DNA of 64,000 nt, taken from assembly GCA_049294075.1 (NCBI GenBank), contig JBAQCK010000058.1, positions 12,983-76,982 of the forward strand, written 5' to 3'. The translations under genes and the position numbers were made by a program. Position 1 is the stretch's first letter, and each line of letters begins with the position of its first letter. Positions 39,798 to 49,299 of the stretch are shown one piece after another. Under the pieces are notes generated by a model. The model did no database searches and had not been told where the DNA came from. It saw only the letters and a list, made by a program, of their open reading frames with translations. The stretch is from Bacteroidales bacterium. Its GTDB lineage: Bacteria > Bacteroidota > Bacteroidia > Bacteroidales > VadinHA17.

Positions 39798-39828
39798 CAA
39801 ATATAATAATTATAGCTTCATCTGCAAA
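39798..39828 (-). promoter_or_regulatory. Bacteroidota-type promoter for the etfBA/Fe-S/acd operon (-33 TTTG, 19-nt spacer, -7 TATATTTG)
   Basis: The reverse complement reads TTTG-N19-TATATTTG. The -7 box lies 43-50 nt upstream of the etfB ATG. Confidence 0.5.
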
Positions 39829-39970
39829 TCGGAGAAAACTCATTTTTTATGATGTTCGAAAGACGCTGACACCTTAATTATTTATACCATTGATTCTTAC
39901 AGACACTCAAAGAGGTAATTCAACTTTCCGGTCGAAAGAATCAGATAATACACTCTTTATTTCAAATTTA

Positions 39971-40284
39971 ACCTAATCTTTATACACATCTTTTTTAAGT
40001 TGGAACACTTCATTGCCATTTTGCGTTCTACCCCCCAGCCCCCCTAAAGGGGGGTAAAGAACTAATAATGTGCAACATATCAGTCTGTGGTGAACCGTGA
40101 GTTAATGGACTAATGATTTCGGATCGAAAGCTTATGCAGGGCTATTACTATAATTTGAACTCCCCCCTATAAATAGTTGTAATACAGTAGACTAAAGCCC
40201 CCCTTCAGGGGGGTTGGGGGGTAAACAAAAAGGGAAACCAGACAATTATTCTAACTTGTAAAAAAGATGTGTACAAAGATTAGG
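39971..40284. repeat. pair of about 90-nt inverted repeats, each with a C6/G6 hairpin, around a roughly 130-nt core (MITE-like or structured intergenic element)
   Basis: Outer 35 nt: ACCTAATCTTTATACACATCTTTTTTAAGTTGGAA versus the reverse complement of 40249-40284 (about 32/35). Inner cores: TACCCCCCAGCCCCCCTAAAGGGGGG (40029-40054) versus the reverse complement of 40197-40223, TACCCCCCAACCCCCCTGAAGGGGGG. Confidence 0.75.
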
Positions 40285-40451
40285 GGGGTTTGGGGGTGGA
40301 GCTTGGGGGGCAAAAAATTGCAGGAGTTGGAAAAATAAAGAATTTCAATAATCAAGCTGTGTATTTAGATTAGCAAATTTAACCATGGGTTGACAACCTA
40401 TGATTTTTAAGATTAAATTCGCACGCTTAATTATTTAAGGAGCGAACCAAA

Positions 40452-41375
40452 TTGAAAGACAGAATAAGGATATATGGCGGTATTTTCCTGGCGATGATTT
40501 TCTGGGCCTTTTCCTTTATCTGGTTCAAGGTGGCCAACGAGACCTTCCTTCCGATCACCATTGTCTTTTTCCGTCTTGTCGCTGCCATACTGATACTGAC
40601 TACCTACCTGGCTGTCAAGAAGAAATTCGTAAAGATAAGAAAGGAGGACAGGAAGCTCTTCATCATGCTTGCTGTATTCGAGCCTTTTCTGTATTTCCTT
40701 GGCGAGAGCTTCGGGCTCACCTATGTATCGGCAACGGTCGGATCGGTACTGATATCAACCATCCCGGTTGTTGCAACCATTGGTGCATGGATATTTTTTA
40801 AGGAACGCCTCAAACTTATTAACTACGCCGGAATAGTCTTGTCGTTCACTGGTATTCTGATATTTGTGATCGACCGGAGCGGAACACTCTCATATAATGT
40901 CAAGGGGCTTGCCCTGATGATGCTGGCGGTTTTCTCGGCTTCAGGCTACAACCTGACTCTCAGCAGGCTGGTCGGGAAGTATGAGCCTGTTTTTATTGTC
41001 AATATACAGAATACGCTGGGCGCCATCCTCTTCCTGCCGTTATTCCTCATTTTTGAAGCCGGTCATCTTGCCGAAACAACTCTTACTCTGAAAGCTTTTG
41101 TCCCTGTGATTGAGCTTGCCGTATTCGCCTCCTGCGGAGCATTTATTCTTTTTGCCTACTCGGTAAGAAACCTTGGCATAACCAGGGCGAACGTCTTTAC
41201 CAATTTCATTCCGATTTTCACTGCCTTCTTCTCTTTCCTGATACTTGGCGACAGGCTGACTCCCCAGAACATTGCAGGCATGATGGTTGTGATAGCCGGA
41301 CTTATCATGTCGCAGATGAATGGACGCCGGAAAAAGAGCGACGACGCTCTTATCCTTACCGGAAAGACGGCCTGA
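40452..41375 (+). CDS. DMT-superfamily (EamA-like) transporter; start uncertain (TTG at 40452)
   Basis: 10-TM protein with two EamA-like halves. 307 aa. Confidence 0.75.
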   Translation: MKDRIRIYGGIFLAMIFWAFSFIWFKVANETFLPITIVFFRLVAAILILTTYLAVKKKFVKIRKEDRKLFIMLAVFEPFLYFLGESFGLTYVSATVGSVLISTIPVVATIGAWIFFKERLKLINYAGIVLSFTGILIFVIDRSGTLSYNVKGLALMMLAVFSASGYNLTLSRLVGKYEPVFIVNIQNTLGAILFLPLFLIFEAGHLAETTLTLKAFVPVIELAVFASCGAFILFAYSVRNLGITRANVFTNFIPIFTAFFSFLILGDRLTPQNIAGMMVVIAGLIMSQMNGRRKKSDDALILTGKTA

Positions 41376-41416
41376 ATTTCGAAGCAATATTCTATATTTA
41401 CATCAATGAGCCTGCA

Positions 41417-42445
41417 ATGGCAAAACGGATTTCAGTTATACCGCTGCTTCTGCTGCTGACTGCCCGGGGGTTCTCCCAGACAGGGGGTGACAATGTATAT
41501 GAGTTCCTCAACCTGACTCAGTCGGGACTGGTATCTTCTCTTGGCGGAACAAATGTCTCACTTACCGGGAGCAGTCTGAACCTGGCATGGACCAATCCGG
41601 CTCTTCTCTCCCGGAGCATGTCGGGCGATGTTGCCCTGAACTTCACAAATTATCTTGCAGGCGTCAATTATGGTATGGCCCTCTATTCCCATACATCGGG
41701 AAAATCGGCCGTCATTGCCGGAGGAGTTTCGTACCTTAACTACGGATCATTCGCTGAAGCCGACGAAACCGGAGCCATTACGGGTTCCTTCAGCGCTTCG
41801 GAATCATCACTGGCACTGATATACGCGCTCCGGCTCGACTCCCAGTTTTCGGTGGGAGTCAGCTTCAAGCCTGTCATCTCACAGCTTGAGAGATACAACT
41901 CTTTCGGATTTGCCTTTGACCTTGGAGCATCGTGGCATAACCCCGGCAACTTCCTTTCCGCAGGCCTTGCCGTGAGAAACCTTGGCCTTCAGCTGACATC
42001 CTATGCAGGTGAGCCAAATGCCGGTCTGCCGTTTGAAGTGATCGCGGGTTTCTCCGCGAGACTCAGGCATGCCCCGTTCAGGTTCTCCTTAACACTGAGG
42101 CATCTGGAGCTTTTTGATCTGACACACGATTATGCCGGATCAGGCGGGGAAAACAAATCAGGCATTAAGGATATCACCGAAAACATCCTTCGCCATGTTG
42201 TCACCGGCGTGGAGATAATTCCTCACAGGAACCTGTGGCTGAGCGTAGGATACAACCATCAGCGCAGAAGCGAGCTTCAATCAGATATTAAAGCATCAGT
42301 CACCGGGTTCTCGTGGGGATTCGGGATCAACGCCTCGGTGATGAGGATTGAATTCGGCCGCTCATCATATCATCTGGCGGGCGCATCAAACAATATATCC
42401 GTGATTTTCACACCCGGAAGGATGTTTAAAAAGCAACAGCTTTAG
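41417..42445 (+). CDS. porQ: type IX secretion system outer-membrane beta-barrel protein, PorQ-like
   Basis: Signal peptide and beta-barrel-like alternating pattern. From memory of Porphyromonas, porQ precedes cmk and ispH, matching the order here. 342 aa. Confidence 0.6.
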   Translation: MAKRISVIPLLLLLTARGFSQTGGDNVYEFLNLTQSGLVSSLGGTNVSLTGSSLNLAWTNPALLSRSMSGDVALNFTNYLAGVNYGMALYSHTSGKSAVIAGGVSYLNYGSFAEADETGAITGSFSASESSLALIYALRLDSQFSVGVSFKPVISQLERYNSFGFAFDLGASWHNPGNFLSAGLAVRNLGLQLTSYAGEPNAGLPFEVIAGFSARLRHAPFRFSLTLRHLELFDLTHDYAGSGGENKSGIKDITENILRHVVTGVEIIPHRNLWLSVGYNHQRRSELQSDIKASVTGFSWGFGINASVMRIEFGRSSYHLAGASNNISVIFTPGRMFKKQQL

Positions 42446-42545
42446 GTCAGCAGGGCCGGAAAATCATAAAATTGGTAACTTTGCAGCCGCAATGAAATAA
42501 AGCCCGGAAGAAATGAATGAGGTAAACTGCGATAAGAAAGAAGAA

Positions 42546-43241
42546 ATGGAAAAGAGACTCATTATAGCTATCGACGGTTATTCATCATGCGGCAAAAGCA
42601 CTTTTGCAAGGGCTATTGCCTCCGAGCTGAACTATATCTATATCGACAGCGGTGCAATGTACCGCGCCGTAACCCTTTATTCATTAAGAAAAGGATATAC
42701 AGGTGACGGAGAGCAAAAAACCAGAAGTATTATCGAAGATCTCCCCGCGATACATATCTCTTTCATTTACAATCCCGACATTGGAACGTACGAAACCTAC
42801 CTGAACTCCGAGAATGTTGAGGGCGAGATCAGAAGCATAGAAGTATCCTCACATGTGAGCCGGATAAGCCAGATACATGAAGTCCGTGCCCGGATGGTGG
42901 AACTCCAGAGGCAGATCGGCGTTTGCAAGGGAATTGTGATGGATGGAAGGGACATAGGAACAGTCGTTTTTCCCGATGCCGATCTGAAGATATTCATGAC
43001 CGCGTCAGTTGATATCCGCGCAAAAAGAAGGTATGACGAGCTCCGGGGCAAAAACATCGATGTGGATCTGGAAGAAGTCAGAATGAATATAATATCCAGG
43101 GATATAGCCGATGAGAACAGGGACATCAGTCCCCTGAGAAGAGCCGATGATGCATTGTCGCTGGATAACAGCAGGATGACTGTCGATCAGCAGATGGAAT
43201 GGGTGATGAAAATTATCAGGCAAAAGATAAATGAAGATTGA
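42546..43241 (+). CDS. cmk: cytidylate kinase
   Basis: IAIDGYSSCGKST P-loop, DSGAMYR, GRDIGTVVFPDA. Start at MEKRLII (42546); the ORF maximum is 42513. Confidence 0.9.
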   Translation: MEKRLIIAIDGYSSCGKSTFARAIASELNYIYIDSGAMYRAVTLYSLRKGYTGDGEQKTRSIIEDLPAIHISFIYNPDIGTYETYLNSENVEGEIRSIEVSSHVSRISQIHEVRARMVELQRQIGVCKGIVMDGRDIGTVVFPDADLKIFMTASVDIRAKRRYDELRGKNIDVDLEEVRMNIISRDIADENRDISPLRRADDALSLDNSRMTVDQQMEWVMKIIRQKINED

Positions 43242-44106
43242 AATTGACCGGAAATCAGGATTCTGCTTCGGTGTTCACAATGCAGTAGAGATTGCGGAAG
43301 AAGCCCTGCTTGACGGGGAGAAAGTCTATTCGCTGGGTCCTCTTATGCATAACGACATGGAAATGCAGCGTCTGTCTTCACTGGGATTGATTACAGTCGA
43401 TCATGAACAGTTCAGTGCCTTGAAAAACTGCAAGGTTCTCATACGGGCTCACGGAGAACCTCCTGAAACATACAGGCTGGCCCTGGAAAACAATATAACC
43501 ATTATAGAGGCGACCTGTCCCATTGTCAGAAAACTGCAGTCAAAGATCAAAAAGACGTGGAATGAAATCAGAGACAGAAAGGGGCAGATTGTTATATTCG
43601 GGAAGCCGGGGCATGCGGAGGTGATAGGACTGCTGGGACAGACAGACAATAAAGGACTGCTAGTGTCAAAAGCATCCGACATCGAAAAGATAGATTTCTC
43701 CCGTCCCGTGGCTCTTTTTTCCCAGACGACAATGGAGATCACCGAGTTCGCGAATATCAGGCAGCTGTTATACGACAGAATGAAAGCGAAAGGCGTTGCC
43801 GACCCGGAACAGGACCTGATTGTATTCAACACTGTATGCGGCCAGTTTTCCGGCAGGGAGCCTAATCTGAGGGCTTTTGCCGCTGAGCATGAAACGGTTA
43901 TTTTTGTCAGCGGCAAAGACAGTTCAAACGGCAGGATGCTCTACTCCGTTTGCAAACAAATCAATCCCGACACTCATTTCATTTCATCTGTGGAAGAGAT
44001 AGAAAAATCGTGGTTTGAAGGCAAGGAATCGGTGGGAATATGTGGTGCGACTTCAACTCCGAAATGGCTGATCAAAATAGTAAAGGAGCACATCCGGAAC
44101 CTCTGA
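43231..44106 (+). CDS. ispH: 4-hydroxy-3-methylbut-2-enyl diphosphate reductase
   Basis: GFCFGV, IRAHGEPPE, TCPIV, FNTVCG (three cluster cysteines). 291 aa. Overlaps cmk by 11 nt. Confidence 0.92.
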   Translation: MKIEIDRKSGFCFGVHNAVEIAEEALLDGEKVYSLGPLMHNDMEMQRLSSLGLITVDHEQFSALKNCKVLIRAHGEPPETYRLALENNITIIEATCPIVRKLQSKIKKTWNEIRDRKGQIVIFGKPGHAEVIGLLGQTDNKGLLVSKASDIEKIDFSRPVALFSQTTMEITEFANIRQLLYDRMKAKGVADPEQDLIVFNTVCGQFSGREPNLRAFAAEHETVIFVSGKDSSNGRMLYSVCKQINPDTHFISSVEEIEKSWFEGKESVGICGATSTPKWLIKIVKEHIRNL

Positions 44107-44125
44107 GGAATTTAAAAGCAGAATC

Positions 44126-44986
44126 ATGAAATTCAAATTAAACAAGAAGACAAGTATTGCAAGGCTTTCTGTCGCCTCAAACTCACTGCTTATAGCGATG
44201 AAACTTACGATCGGCATCATAAGCGGATCCGTAAGTATTATTTCTGAGGCCATTCACTCATCCATGGACCTTGTGGCGGCGCTGATAGCTTTTTTTGCAG
44301 TCAGGGTTTCCGACACGCCCCCTGATTCCAGGCATCCATACGGACATGGCAAGGTAGAAAACATATCCGGAGTCATTGAAGGATTGTTGATCCTTGTTGC
44401 AGCGGTTATAATTATTATTGAAGCCGTTAAGAAACTGCTGGGCAGTCACTCCCTTCCGGAATCAGTCTGGATTGGCGCCGTTGTAATGTTGATTTCAGGT
44501 TTAGTCAATATCTATGTGTCGCGCAGGCTTTACAAGGTTGCCCGAGAAACCGGGTCGCTTGCCCTCGAGGCCGACGCGTTGCATCTGAAGACCGACGTCT
44601 ACACATCGCTCGGTGTCGCTGCCGGGCTTGGTCTCATATACTTCACAGGTATTGTATGGCTCGATCCTGTAATTGCAATACTTGTGGCCCTGTTCATCCT
44701 TAAGGAATCCTATAACCTTATATCCAGGGCTTTCTCTCCCCTTCTCGATACTTCATGGCCGGAAAGTGAAATCAGGGACCTTGAAAAACGTCTCAGTGAA
44801 ATGAACGTTGGCTTCCACGACCTCAGGACCCGTGTGGCAGGCAATTACAAATTCGTGGATATTCATATCGAGCTGCCCGAGAATGAATCGGTTGGCAATG
44901 CTCATACTTACTGCGACAATATCGAGGAAAAACTGAAAGATATATATACTGACCTTACGGTTAACATTCATGTCGAGCCTTGCTGA
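44126..44986 (+). CDS. cation diffusion facilitator family transporter
   Basis: Six TM segments, HSSMDL and HLKTD metal-site motifs, C-terminal cytoplasmic domain. 286 aa. Confidence 0.88.
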   Translation: MKFKLNKKTSIARLSVASNSLLIAMKLTIGIISGSVSIISEAIHSSMDLVAALIAFFAVRVSDTPPDSRHPYGHGKVENISGVIEGLLILVAAVIIIIEAVKKLLGSHSLPESVWIGAVVMLISGLVNIYVSRRLYKVARETGSLALEADALHLKTDVYTSLGVAAGLGLIYFTGIVWLDPVIAILVALFILKESYNLISRAFSPLLDTSWPESEIRDLEKRLSEMNVGFHDLRTRVAGNYKFVDIHIELPENESVGNAHTYCDNIEEKLKDIYTDLTVNIHVEPC

Positions 44987-45010
44987 CCGGGGCTTCCCCG
45001 CCTGTCAGGA

Positions 45011-47311
45011 TCATTTCATATATTTTAGTCTCAGGCTGTTGCTCACCACGCTAACGCTGCTTAATGCCATGGCTGCCCCTGCTATCATCGGATTGAGAAG
45101 GAACCCGGTGAAAGGATAGAGTGCACCTGCAGCTATCGGAATACCGACTACATTATATATGAAGGCCCAGAAGAGGTTCTGCCGTATCGTTCTGACGGTG
45201 TTTCTGCTCAGACGTATAGCTGAGGGTATTACTGAAAGGTCGTTTCCGATAATTGTCATTCCGGCGGCATCGATGGCTATATCCGATCCTCTGCCCATGG
45301 CAATGCTTACATCAGCCTGAGCCAGCGCCTGGCTGTCGTTGATACCGTCTCCGGCCATACCGACAACTTTGCCGGATGCCTGCAATGACTTTATGAATTC
45401 CGCCTTACCCGAGGGCATCATCTCCGCCTCGAAGTGTTTTATCCCTGTCTGCCTTGCCACAGCCTCTGCAGTCTTCCTGTTGTCTCCAGTAACCAGGTAA
45501 ACATCGATGCCCATCTCTAACAGTCTAAGCACAGCTTCAGGGGATGTGGCACGTACAATGTCGGAAACCGAGAGAACAGCTATAACCCTTCTGCTGTCGG
45601 AGAACCAGATAACAGTCGATGCATTTCCCTCCTCCTCTTCAGCAAAAAGCAACAGGTCTTCATCCGGTACAATGCCTTTTCCGGTGATCAGGCTCAGTGA
45701 CCCCGCGTAATAAACCTCCCCTTCCACGGCGCCCGCGATACCCTTTCCTGTTATGCTTTCAATTTTTTCAACAGGCAGGTCTGACGCGTTCTTTTCAAGG
45801 AATCTGACCACGGCCCCTGCAAGAGGATGCTCCGAGAGTTTTTCGAGACTGTAAAGAATATCACTTCCCCTCACCTCATCGGTTTCCTGCTGCCATCTGA
45901 TTTTGTCAACCGAAGGTTTTCCCCCGGTCAGAGTGCCTGTTTTGTCGAACACTATTGCATCCATTTTGTGAGTCAGTTCAAGAGCTGCCGCATCCCTTAT
46001 CAGGATGCCCTTTTCGGCTCCTTTTCCGATCCCGACCATTATCGCTGTCGGTGTTGCCAGTCCCAGTGCACACGGGCACGCGATGACCAGCACGGTTATC
46101 ATTGCCATCAATCCCGGTGCAAAGCCTTCCTCCCCTCCTGCAATCATCCAGACGGCAAAGGAAAGGACAGCAATAGAGACCACCGCCGGAACGAATATGG
46201 ATGCAACTTTGTCAACCAGGTTCTGAACGGGGGCTTTGCTTCCCTGTGCTTCCTGTACAAGTTTGATGATGCTGCTAAGCAATGTATCCGATCCCACCTT
46301 TTCCGCGACAAACTGAAAGCTTCCCTTCTGGTTTATCGTTCCGGCAATGACTTCCGACCCCGGCTCCTTAAGCACTGCCACCGGTTCACCGCTTATCATG
46401 CTTTCATCAACATAACTGCTGCCCGAGCTTACCCTGCCGTCGACCGGGATATTCTCGCCGGGTCTTACAAGAATAATATCACCCGGTACGACCTTTGAGA
46501 TAAGGAATTCCCTGATTTCCCCGCCTGGCAGAACTTTAAACAGAGTTTGTGGCTGAAGTCCCATGAGCTTTTTTATCGCCGATGAGGTGTTCGCCTTTGC
46601 ATTGTCTTCGAGAAGCCTTCCGAGGAGAACCAGGGCTATGACAACCCCTGAAGCTTCGAAGTATACATGGGCATGAAGGCCCCTGCTGTGCCAGAATTCA
46701 GGGAAAAGAACATTGAACACACTGAAAAGATATGCTATCCCCGTGCTCAGGGCAACAAGTGTATCCATCGTCGCGTGCCGGTGCCTGATCTGCTTCCACG
46801 CGTTGATGAAAAAGGAAGATCCCGACCAGAATACAATTGGTGTTGCAAGTGCCCACATTATGTATTCCGACAATGGAAGGTCCATGAAAAACATGCTTAA
46901 CAGGAACAGGGGGATTGCAATGGCAATGGCAGTCACAGCCTTTCTTTTCAGTAGCCTGTGGTTAAGCATCTGAAGCGAAGCAAGTTCCTCCCTCGCATCA
47001 GCCGAATCGCTTGTTATCAGGTCATATCCTGCCGACACCACGGCTTCCCTCAGTTCATCGGGAGTTATCTCCGCCGGGAGATAATCGAGGGTAACAATCT
47101 GGGATGCCAGGTTTACCGAAGCCGATACGACACCGGGCTGCTTTTTTATTGTCGATTCAATGTTTGCAGCACACGAAGCGCACGACATTCCTGTCACCGG
47201 AAACTGTTTCCTCACACTGGTCCCGGCTGTGGCTTCATTCGTATTATTTATTTCACTTTTCACTTTGTTCTGCCTGGGTTCTAGCCTTATTAGAAACAAA
47301 CAAGGCAGCAC
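45011..47311 (-). CDS. copA: heavy-metal (Cu+-type) translocating P1B-type ATPase; start uncertain
   Basis: HMA domain [11 protein letters not shown] motif ([12 protein letters not shown]), [14 protein letters not shown]. The longest ORF begins with GTG; an alternative GTG lies at about 47263. Confidence 0.9.
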   Translation of the reverse strand: MLPCLFLIRLEPRQNKVKSEINNTNEATAGTSVRKQFPVTGMSCASCAANIESTIKKQPGVVSASVNLASQIVTLDYLPAEITPDELREAVVSAGYDLITSDSADAREELASLQMLNHRLLKRKAVTAIAIAIPLFLLSMFFMDLPLSEYIMWALATPIVFWSGSSFFINAWKQIRHRHATMDTLVALSTGIAYLFSVFNVLFPEFWHSRGLHAHVYFEASGVVIALVLLGRLLEDNAKANTSSAIKKLMGLQPQTLFKVLPGGEIREFLISKVVPGDIILVRPGENIPVDGRVSSGSSYVDESMISGEPVAVLKEPGSEVIAGTINQKGSFQFVAEKVGSDTLLSSIIKLVQEAQGSKAPVQNLVDKVASIFVPAVVSIAVLSFAVWMIAGGEEGFAPGLMAMITVLVIACPCALGLATPTAIMVGIGKGAEKGILIRDAAALELTHKMDAIVFDKTGTLTGGKPSVDKIRWQQETDEVRGSDILYSLEKLSEHPLAGAVVRFLEKNASDLPVEKIESITGKGIAGAVEGEVYYAGSLSLITGKGIVPDEDLLLFAEEEEGNASTVIWFSDSRRVIAVLSVSDIVRATSPEAVLRLLEMGIDVYLVTGDNRKTAEAVARQTGIKHFEAEMMPSGKAEFIKSLQASGKVVGMAGDGINDSQALAQADVSIAMGRGSDIAIDAAGMTIIGNDLSVIPSAIRLSRNTVRTIRQNLFWAFIYNVVGIPIAAGALYPFTGFLLNPMIAGAAMALSSVSVVSNSLRLKYMK

Positions 47312-47345
47312 AAAGTTAATCCCTTATGGCCGTAGTTGAAGGATT

Positions 47346-48278
47346 TTATCTTGAACGCACCTCCCTTTTCATAAAAGAAATGTAGGAAAGCACAAAGCAG
47401 ATGACAGTTGCGGCCACCAGACCGGTAAGCTGTGGCCAGACTATCAGCAGGCTCTGCCCAAGGGGAAGCGATCCCGGAATGGTACCGTAAATTTTCTCAA
47501 CGGTCAGAGGACCGAGGGTTCTTACGGTCGGAACAAGAACAGTTGTCGTTGCGTCGCTGAACAGCTGACCAGGAAGCACCCTGAAGAGGTTCATCACGAA
47601 TTCCTGGTAAGCCATAACCTGGTCTGCTGAAGCATTGGCGGATGGTTCAGCTGCTTTGGCTATAAGGCTGACCAGAATACTGTAGAAGACCGTCAGGAAA
47701 AGCCACACGGCTATTCCTGCCAGGGCTGACGTTGCAGGCTGACGGAACTTAACCGAAAAGAAGATCGACAGGTTAAGCCAGAAAGAAATATATAGTATGC
47801 TAATTAAAATGAAGAATACTATTCTCAGAAACTCATCAGCCGTTGGGGGAATACCGATTGCAATCAGACCTGTTCCGGTTACCAGGAATCCAAGACTGAA
47901 CATCATAACGCTAAGCACGATAATGGCTGCGGTAAACTTGCTGTTTAATACATAATCCCTGTGAACCGGCTGTGACAGAATTCGGCTCAGGGTTCCTCTG
48001 TTCTCCTCTGCATTTATTGCATCAAATCCCATTATCAATCCAAGAAGGGGACCCAGGAAGCTGATGAATACGAAGAATGAGGGTAGGGTTCCATCCGATG
48101 CGGTGAACAACCTCAGGAAGATAAATGAGTCGCCCGTTGCATTGGCTTTTACCGCCTCATCAATATTTGAAATGGCCACTGATACCGAGCCAAGGCAGGT
48201 AAGAAAAACAAGAAGAAGCAAAATCATAAACCGCCAGCTTCTGATGTAATCAGAGATCTCCTTGTTTACCATTGCCAT
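47346..48278 (-). CDS. ABC-2 type transporter permease; start uncertain (48278, 48338 or 48368)
   Basis: Six hydrophobic segments and an N-terminus MAMVNKEISDYIRSWRF typical of the ABC-2/NosY-like family. Directly downstream of the ATPase. Confidence 0.75.
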   Translation of the reverse strand: MAMVNKEISDYIRSWRFMILLLLVFLTCLGSVSVAISNIDEAVKANATGDSFIFLRLFTASDGTLPSFFVFISFLGPLLGLIMGFDAINAEENRGTLSRILSQPVHRDYVLNSKFTAAIIVLSVMMFSLGFLVTGTGLIAIGIPPTADEFLRIVFFILISILYISFWLNLSIFFSVKFRQPATSALAGIAVWLFLTVFYSILVSLIAKAAEPSANASADQVMAYQEFVMNLFRVLPGQLFSDATTTVLVPTVRTLGPLTVEKIYGTIPGSLPLGQSLLIVWPQLTGLVAATVICFVLSYISFMKREVRSR

Positions 48279-48321
48279 GAAGGGATGGAGGGCCCTGTCA
48301 CTCCACTGCCCTGTTGAAATC

Positions 48322-49296
48322 CTATCGCTGTTTTTCATATCCCTCGAAATAACGGTTATAAATATCATCCAGGCCGTATTCCTTTCCCGAAAGAGAAGTC
48401 AGCACAGAGCCCGAATCGAGGATCACCCTTGCAATATCGCCTGAGACATCGCCGGAGCAACCAGATCTGAAAATATTACCTTTGACCTCAACCGATACAA
48501 TTCCGTCAAGTTCAATCAGTTTCTGCTTTATCCTTGCAATAGTCTCTGCAGCCTTCCGGGGATCGTCAGGCAGACTGACCCCTGCCTCTATTACCATTGG
48601 CTCGTGTGAGAAGAGTTCACGGGAAAGTGTGTCAATATCACCAACGGCAATCAGCCTGCCTCCGACGAAAATACCCACCCTGTCGCAGACAGTCTGTATC
48701 TGGTGAAGGTGGTGGGAAGAAAGCAGCACGGTGTTCTTCTCTTCCCTGCTCAGCCGTTCGATCAGGGAAAGAAACTCATTTACGCCGCGGGGATCGATTC
48801 CCAGCGTGGGCTCATCAAGTATTATGACCTCAGGTTCTTTTACAAGAACATCGGCAAGGCCGAGGCGCTGCCGCATACCTCTTGAGTATTTCCCGGCCTT
48901 TTTTGATTCCTCGCCCGACAGTCCGACTCTTTCAAGCAGGTGCATCACCCTTTCCCCGGCTTCCCGCGGGGGTATTGAGTTGAGCCTTGCCGTGTACATA
49001 AGGTTCTCGAATCCGGTGTAGTCTTCGTAAAAACCAACATCCTCGGGCAGGTATCCGACTTTTCTTTTCACTTCGACCGGATTTGTTGTCGGATTTATTC
49101 CGCACACCCTGAGACTGCCGGAAGTCGGCTCCGTAAGCCCGAGCATCATCAGTATGGTTGTCGATTTGCCCGCGCCGTTCGGACCGAGCAAACCGAATAT
49201 TTCACCCTTGTCCACACTCAGGCTGAGATTGCCGACAGCGGTGAATGACCCGTATTTCTTTGTCAGGTCAGTTAATTTAATAACCGGGCCGTCCAT
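48322..49296 (-). CDS. ABC transporter ATP-binding protein with a C-terminal accessory domain
   Basis: GPNGAGKST, YSRGMRQRL, VIILDEPTLGID, H-loop SSHHL. 324 aa. Confidence 0.92.
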   Translation of the reverse strand: MDGPVIKLTDLTKKYGSFTAVGNLSLSVDKGEIFGLLGPNGAGKSTTILMMLGLTEPTSGSLRVCGINPTTNPVEVKRKVGYLPEDVGFYEDYTGFENLMYTARLNSIPPREAGERVMHLLERVGLSGEESKKAGKYSRGMRQRLGLADVLVKEPEVIILDEPTLGIDPRGVNEFLSLIERLSREEKNTVLLSSHHLHQIQTVCDRVGIFVGGRLIAVGDIDTLSRELFSHEPMVIEAGVSLPDDPRKAAETIARIKQKLIELDGIVSVEVKGNIFRSGCSGDVSGDIARVILDSGSVLTSLSGKEYGLDDIYNRYFEGYEKQR

Positions 49297-49299
49297 TAA

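Noticed and set aside
39756-39800. Longer etfB start at 39800 (also the longer starts of parB at 6876, glutaminyl cyclase at 9510 and rhamnosidase at 60241)
   Set aside because: The upstream extensions add non-conserved residues before canonical N-termini or signal peptides. For etfB, the extension would also overlap its own predicted -7 box.
40390-40418. Sigma-70-like TTGACA-N17-TTAAAT upstream of the DMT transporter gene
   Set aside because: The hexamers fit the proteobacterial consensus. However, the other promoters in this window follow the Bacteroidota TTTG/TAnnTTTG pattern, so I do not trust this as a functional promoter without mapping data.
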